The notes under the pieces are model-generated. The model did no database searches, had not been told where the DNA came from, and saw only the letters and a program-made list of their open reading frames with translations. Made by a program: the position numbers and the translations under genes. Below, in pieces: positions 62,516-64,000 of a DNA stretch of 64,000 nt (position 1 is its first letter; each line of letters opens with the position of its first letter). The stretch covers positions 64,001-128,000 of the forward strand of contig CM000436.1 of the NCBI GenBank assembly GCA_000165345.1. The letters run 5' to 3'.

Positions 62516-62944
62516 ATGGAAACCAACTCCAAAACTTCTTTAACCATTGAGGTAAGTCTAATTTCTAAGATTTATGCAATTTCAAAAACGATGTTGTATC
62601 AACCCATAAAGTAAATTATCCAGAAAATTTTTATATTTATTCAACTTTAATACACTCCAATCTTTTTACAGGATTTAAAATCATTTGCGGGAAATGCTAA
62701 GTCAGGTATTCCTACTAAAGATTCTATTAAAAATATGTTTAACCTATTAGATGTTGGTAAATCCGGCCAAGTTGACCTCGAACTACTTAAATATGGACTT
62801 ACATCCATTGGTGCTGACAAATTTAATGGATTTGAAATGGAAGATTTCTACAAATCATTGAATATTAATCTAGAAGAAACAAAAACTGTCACTATTGACC
62901 AAATGGTTGATCATATAATGGAATTACTAACAGCATTCAAATAA
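62516..62944 (+). CDS. Small EF-hand-like protein (about 103 aa; light-chain-like). Two exons: join(62516..62551, 62672..62944).
   Basis: ATGGAAACCAACTCCAAAACTTCTTTAACCATTGAG|GTAAGT ... TTTTTACAG|GATTTAAAATCA gives METNSKTSLTIE-DLKSFAGNAKSGIPTKDSIKNMFNLLDVGKSGQVDLELLKYGL...HIMELLTAFK. Intron is phase 0 and 120 nt. The ORF track shows only the downstream part from the internal Met at 62735. DVGKSGQVDLELL is a degenerate EF-type loop. Confidence 0.35.
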
Positions 62945-63275
62945 AGTCTAGATTTTACTCCTTATCTGATATCTTAAACTTATTTTAAATCAATTAAATA
63001 TATTACTTTGCCATTTTCATAATTTATTATTTAATGCATATTTATTTCTTTTTTTTAATTTGATTTGCATGATTTTCCCGCCTACATGTAATTATTTTAT
63101 TTAATATTTCATTCTGTCCCATTTTTAAATATTAAATATCAAAATTTAACAAATACCGAAGATTCTGAAAGAACTTGTTCTATAAAAACCTGTTTGCTTA
63201 AGTTAAGAGAAACTTGAGAGTTAAAGAGCTGTTTAACTATTGAAATTGTAAATTATTACATAGGGGAAAATAAAA

Positions 63276-63420
63276 ATATTATATGTATATATAACATATT
63301 ATATGTATATATAACATATTATATGTATATATAACATAATATATATATATATATATAAGTGTATATATATATATATATATATATATGTTATAATATATAT
63401 ATTTATATTTATATATTATT
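63276..63420. repeat. Tandem repeat of a 20-bp unit (ATATTATATGTATATATAAC, 3 copies) followed by (TA)n/(AT)n tracts.
   Basis: Direct reading: ...catattatatgtatatataacatattatatgtatatataacatattatatgtatatataacataatatatatatatatatataagtgtatatatatatatatatatatatatgtt... Confidence 0.85.
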
Positions 63421-63742
63421 CATTGATGTGTGTATAAATCAAATATAATACAGGTAAATTGAATCGAATCAGATAATAAATAAATTAATAATAAAGGTGT
63501 CTGGACAAAGTTCTTTCCCCATTTTTTTTACGCTTATCTGCTTTTCTTTCGACAAAATATCTTTAATATAACTCAAATAATAAATATTACTAAAAAAAAT
63601 AACATTAATAATTCCGATAACTCTTAAATAATTAATTCTGCCAATTTCAATATTCAAAATCACTTAAGATTAGTATTACTATTCTTTTAACTTGATATTA
63701 AAGTATTAATATTCACTTCACACCTCACTATTGATTTATTTT

Positions 63743-64000
63743 TCATATTAATATGGCATTATCAATTTCAATATTCCCACCAAGAATTTGGTCAAAAATT
63801 ATTTCTAGAACCAATGGAAGATCTTTGGATATCTTTAAATACTGCTGTTGTTGTACTTCTAGTACTACTAAAGCATTATATAGATTTATCAGCATTTGGA
63901 GTGGGTTCTTACTTATATTCAATATTTTAATACTATTGCTTTGTTTAAGAACATCCAATAAATATCCATTGTTTTTAAAATATTTATTCCCCAAATTATC
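63743..64000 (-). CDS. Partial CDS (C-terminal ~85 aa of a minus-strand gene whose start lies beyond the right edge), hypothetical.
   Basis: The frame is open from the window edge down to the stop at 63743 (...NKYFKNNGYLLDVLKQSNSIKILNISKNPLQMLINLYNALVVLEVQQQQYLKISKDLPLVLEIIFDQILGGNIEIDNAILI*). No family recognised. Confidence 0.25.
   Translation of the reverse strand, partial: DNLGNKYFKNNGYLLDVLKQSNSIKILNISKNPLQMLINLYNALVVLEVQQQQYLKISKDLPLVLEIIFDQILGGNIEIDNAILI

Noticed and set aside
63276-63420. Direct repeats considered as a possible CRISPR-like array
   Set aside because: 20-bp AT-only units with no unique spacers in a eukaryotic context. It is a simple minisatellite or microsatellite.

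Overview
Organism and layout. The window is a gene-dense, intron-poor, roughly 30 % GC eukaryotic segment. I read it as apicomplexan, most likely Cryptosporidium. The reasons are the repeated E2F/DP-type boxes (TTTGGCGGGAAA / TGGCGCCA) in almost every 5' intergenic region, recurring GCATGC boxes, very short spacers between genes, and only a few short GTAAGT...AG introns. About 37 protein-coding genes sit on both strands, roughly one per 1.7 kb, and there are no rRNA, CRISPR or prokaryotic-defence features.

Recognisable products:
- RNA exosome: Csl4, and an Rrp45/Rrp42-type RNase-PH-like subunit that is split into 4 exons.
- Chromatin: a MYST histone acetyltransferase, an Eaf3/MRG15-like protein, and a class-II HDAC with ankyrin repeats.
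- Translation and transcription: RNA polymerase I/III subunit AC40, asparaginyl-tRNA synthetase, and ribosomal proteins L9, L7a and L5.
- Other housekeeping: V-ATPase subunit E (first exon is the ATG alone), MSH6, a malate:quinone oxidoreductase-like flavoprotein, protein-phosphatase inhibitor-2, a DNAJC8-like J protein, CPSF-73, SAS-6, an EF-hand protein and a TruA/Pus1 pseudouridine synthase.
- Signal-peptide proteins: a bacterial-like calcineurin-type phosphatase (Shelph-like) and a lysine-rich repeat protein.
- Several low-complexity hypothetical proteins.

Because this is a eukaryotic housekeeping segment, the most useful new material is at the annotation and regulatory level:
- A probable unannotated two-exon gene for a small RPA/CST-type OB-fold protein, driven by a triple E2F box.
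- Other small spliced genes that per-ORF calling would miss or split.
- A palindromic TACCGGTA / ATACCGGCATTA motif family, including an 18-bp perfect palindrome.
- A CCACATG box paired with GCATGC boxes.
- GAGACG / CGTCTC boxes clustered in front of the ribosomal-protein genes.

I cannot run searches, so every product call rests on motifs I recognise by eye in the translations.
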